Assembly: GCF_963921235.1 (NCBI RefSeq) | Contig: NC_086097.1 | Location: 250,110,001-250,174,000 of the forward strand | Source: Mobula hypostoma | Lineage: Eukaryota | Reading direction: 5' to 3' | DNA length: 64,000 bases | Part shown: positions 62,757 to 64,000 of the stretch, piece by piece | Layout: each line of letters begins with the position of its first letter | How positions within the stretch are numbered: the stretch's first letter is position 1 | Notes under the pieces: model-generated | Database searches by the model: none | What the model saw: only the letters and a program-made list of their open reading frames with translations | What the model was told of the DNA's origin: nothing | Position numbers and translations under genes: made by a program

Positions 62757-64000
62757 GGCATAGTCATAGTCATACTTTATTGATCCTGGGGGAAACTGGT
62801 TTTCGTTACAGTTGCACCATAAATAATATATAGTAATAGAACCATAACTAGTTAAATAGTAATATGTAAATTATGCCAGTAAATTATGAAATAAGTCCAG
62901 GACCAGCCTATCGGCTCAGGGTGTCTGACCTTCCAAGGGAGGAGTTGTAAAGTTTGATGGCCACAGGCAGGAATGACTTCCTATGATGCTCTGTGCTGCA
63001 TCTCGGAAGAAAGAGTCTCTGGCTGAATGTACTCCTGTGCCCAACCAGTACATTATGTAGTGGATGGGAGACACTGACCAAGATGGCATGCAACTTAGAC
63101 AGCATCCTCTTTTCAGACACCACCGTCAGAGAGTCCAGTTCCATCCCTACAACATCACTGGCCTTACGAATGAGTTTGTTGATTCTGTTGGTGTCTGCTA
63201 CCCTCAGCCTGCTGCCCCAGCACACAACAGCAAACATGATCGCACTGGCCACCACAGACTCGTAGGACATCCTCAGCTTCGTCCGCAGATGTTAAAGGAC
63301 CTCAGTCTCCTCAGGAAATAGAGACGGCTCTGACCCTTCTTGTAGGCAGTCTCAGTGTTCTTAGACCAGTCCAGTTTATTATCAATTCGTATCCCCAGGG
63401 ATTTGTAATCCTCCATCATGTCCACACTGACCCCCTGGATGGAAACAGGGGTCACCGGTACCTTAGCTCTCCTCAGGTCTACCACCAGCTCCTTAGTCTT
63501 TTTCACATTAAGCTGCAGATAATTCTGCTGACACCATGTGACAAAGTTTCCTACCTTAGACCTGTACTCAACCTCATCTCCCTTGCTGATGCATCCAACT
63601 ATGGCAGAGTCATCCGAAAACTTCTGAAGGTGACAAGACTCTGTGCAGTAGTTGAAGTCCGAGGTGTAAATGGTGAAGAGAAAGGGAGACAAGACAGTCC
63701 CTTGTGGAGCCCCAGTGCTGCTGATCACTCTGTTGGACACACAGTGTTGCAAGCACATGTACTGTGGTCTGCCAGTCAGATAATCAAGAATCCATGATAC
63801 CAGGGAAGCATCCACCTGCATCGCTGTCAGCTTCTCCCCCAGCGGAGCAGGGCGGATGGTGTTGAATGCACTGGAGAAGTCAAAAAACATGACCCTCACA
63901 GTGCTCGCTGGCTTGTCCGGGTGGGCGTAGACATGGTTCAGCAGGTAGACGATGGCATCCTCAACTCCTAGTCAGGGCTGGTAGGCGAACTGGAGGGGAT
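62757..64000 (-). mobile_element. Rex1-like LINE, RT and 3' end (runs off the window)
   Basis: ORFs 63273-63899 (FFDFSSAFNTI, GAPQGTVLSP, KFSDD) and 62908-63270; AATAAA plus (TATGAC)n tail. Confidence 0.92.

Overview
Repeat-dense vertebrate nuclear DNA. The repeat complement (HER1-type CR1 LINEs with an SGNH-esterase ORF1, Rex1/Babar-like LINEs, Penelope-like elements, tRNA-head SINEs) points to a cartilaginous fish, probably a ray; this is inference. I could not confidently identify a host protein-coding gene, and every long ORF is retroelement-derived or the antisense shadow of one. Main structures: (1) a complete but decayed 10.8 kb Gmr1-type Gypsy LTR retrotransposon (20342-31128, minus strand; ATGC TSD, tRNA-Pro PBS, SCAN-like gag, PR-IN-RT-RH order) carrying four nested insertions; (2) seven near-identical copies of a young CR1 family, one with an almost intact ORF2 (9895-13429); (3) many Penelope-like (GIY-YIG) insertions carrying minimal hammerhead ribozyme motifs, forming a size series (1.7 kb, about 200 bp hairpins, 40 bp tail-only) that shares one breakpoint, a 34-40 nt asymmetric tail and 11-16 bp TSDs; (4) short filler sequences at junctions that match nearby DNA exactly; (5) an about 11 kb CpG-retaining domain (35.5-47 kb) that looks like a germline-hypomethylated regulatory region with no recognisable gene. 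The components belong to known families. What stands out is how clearly the Penelope/hammerhead integration mechanism can be read from the junctions.
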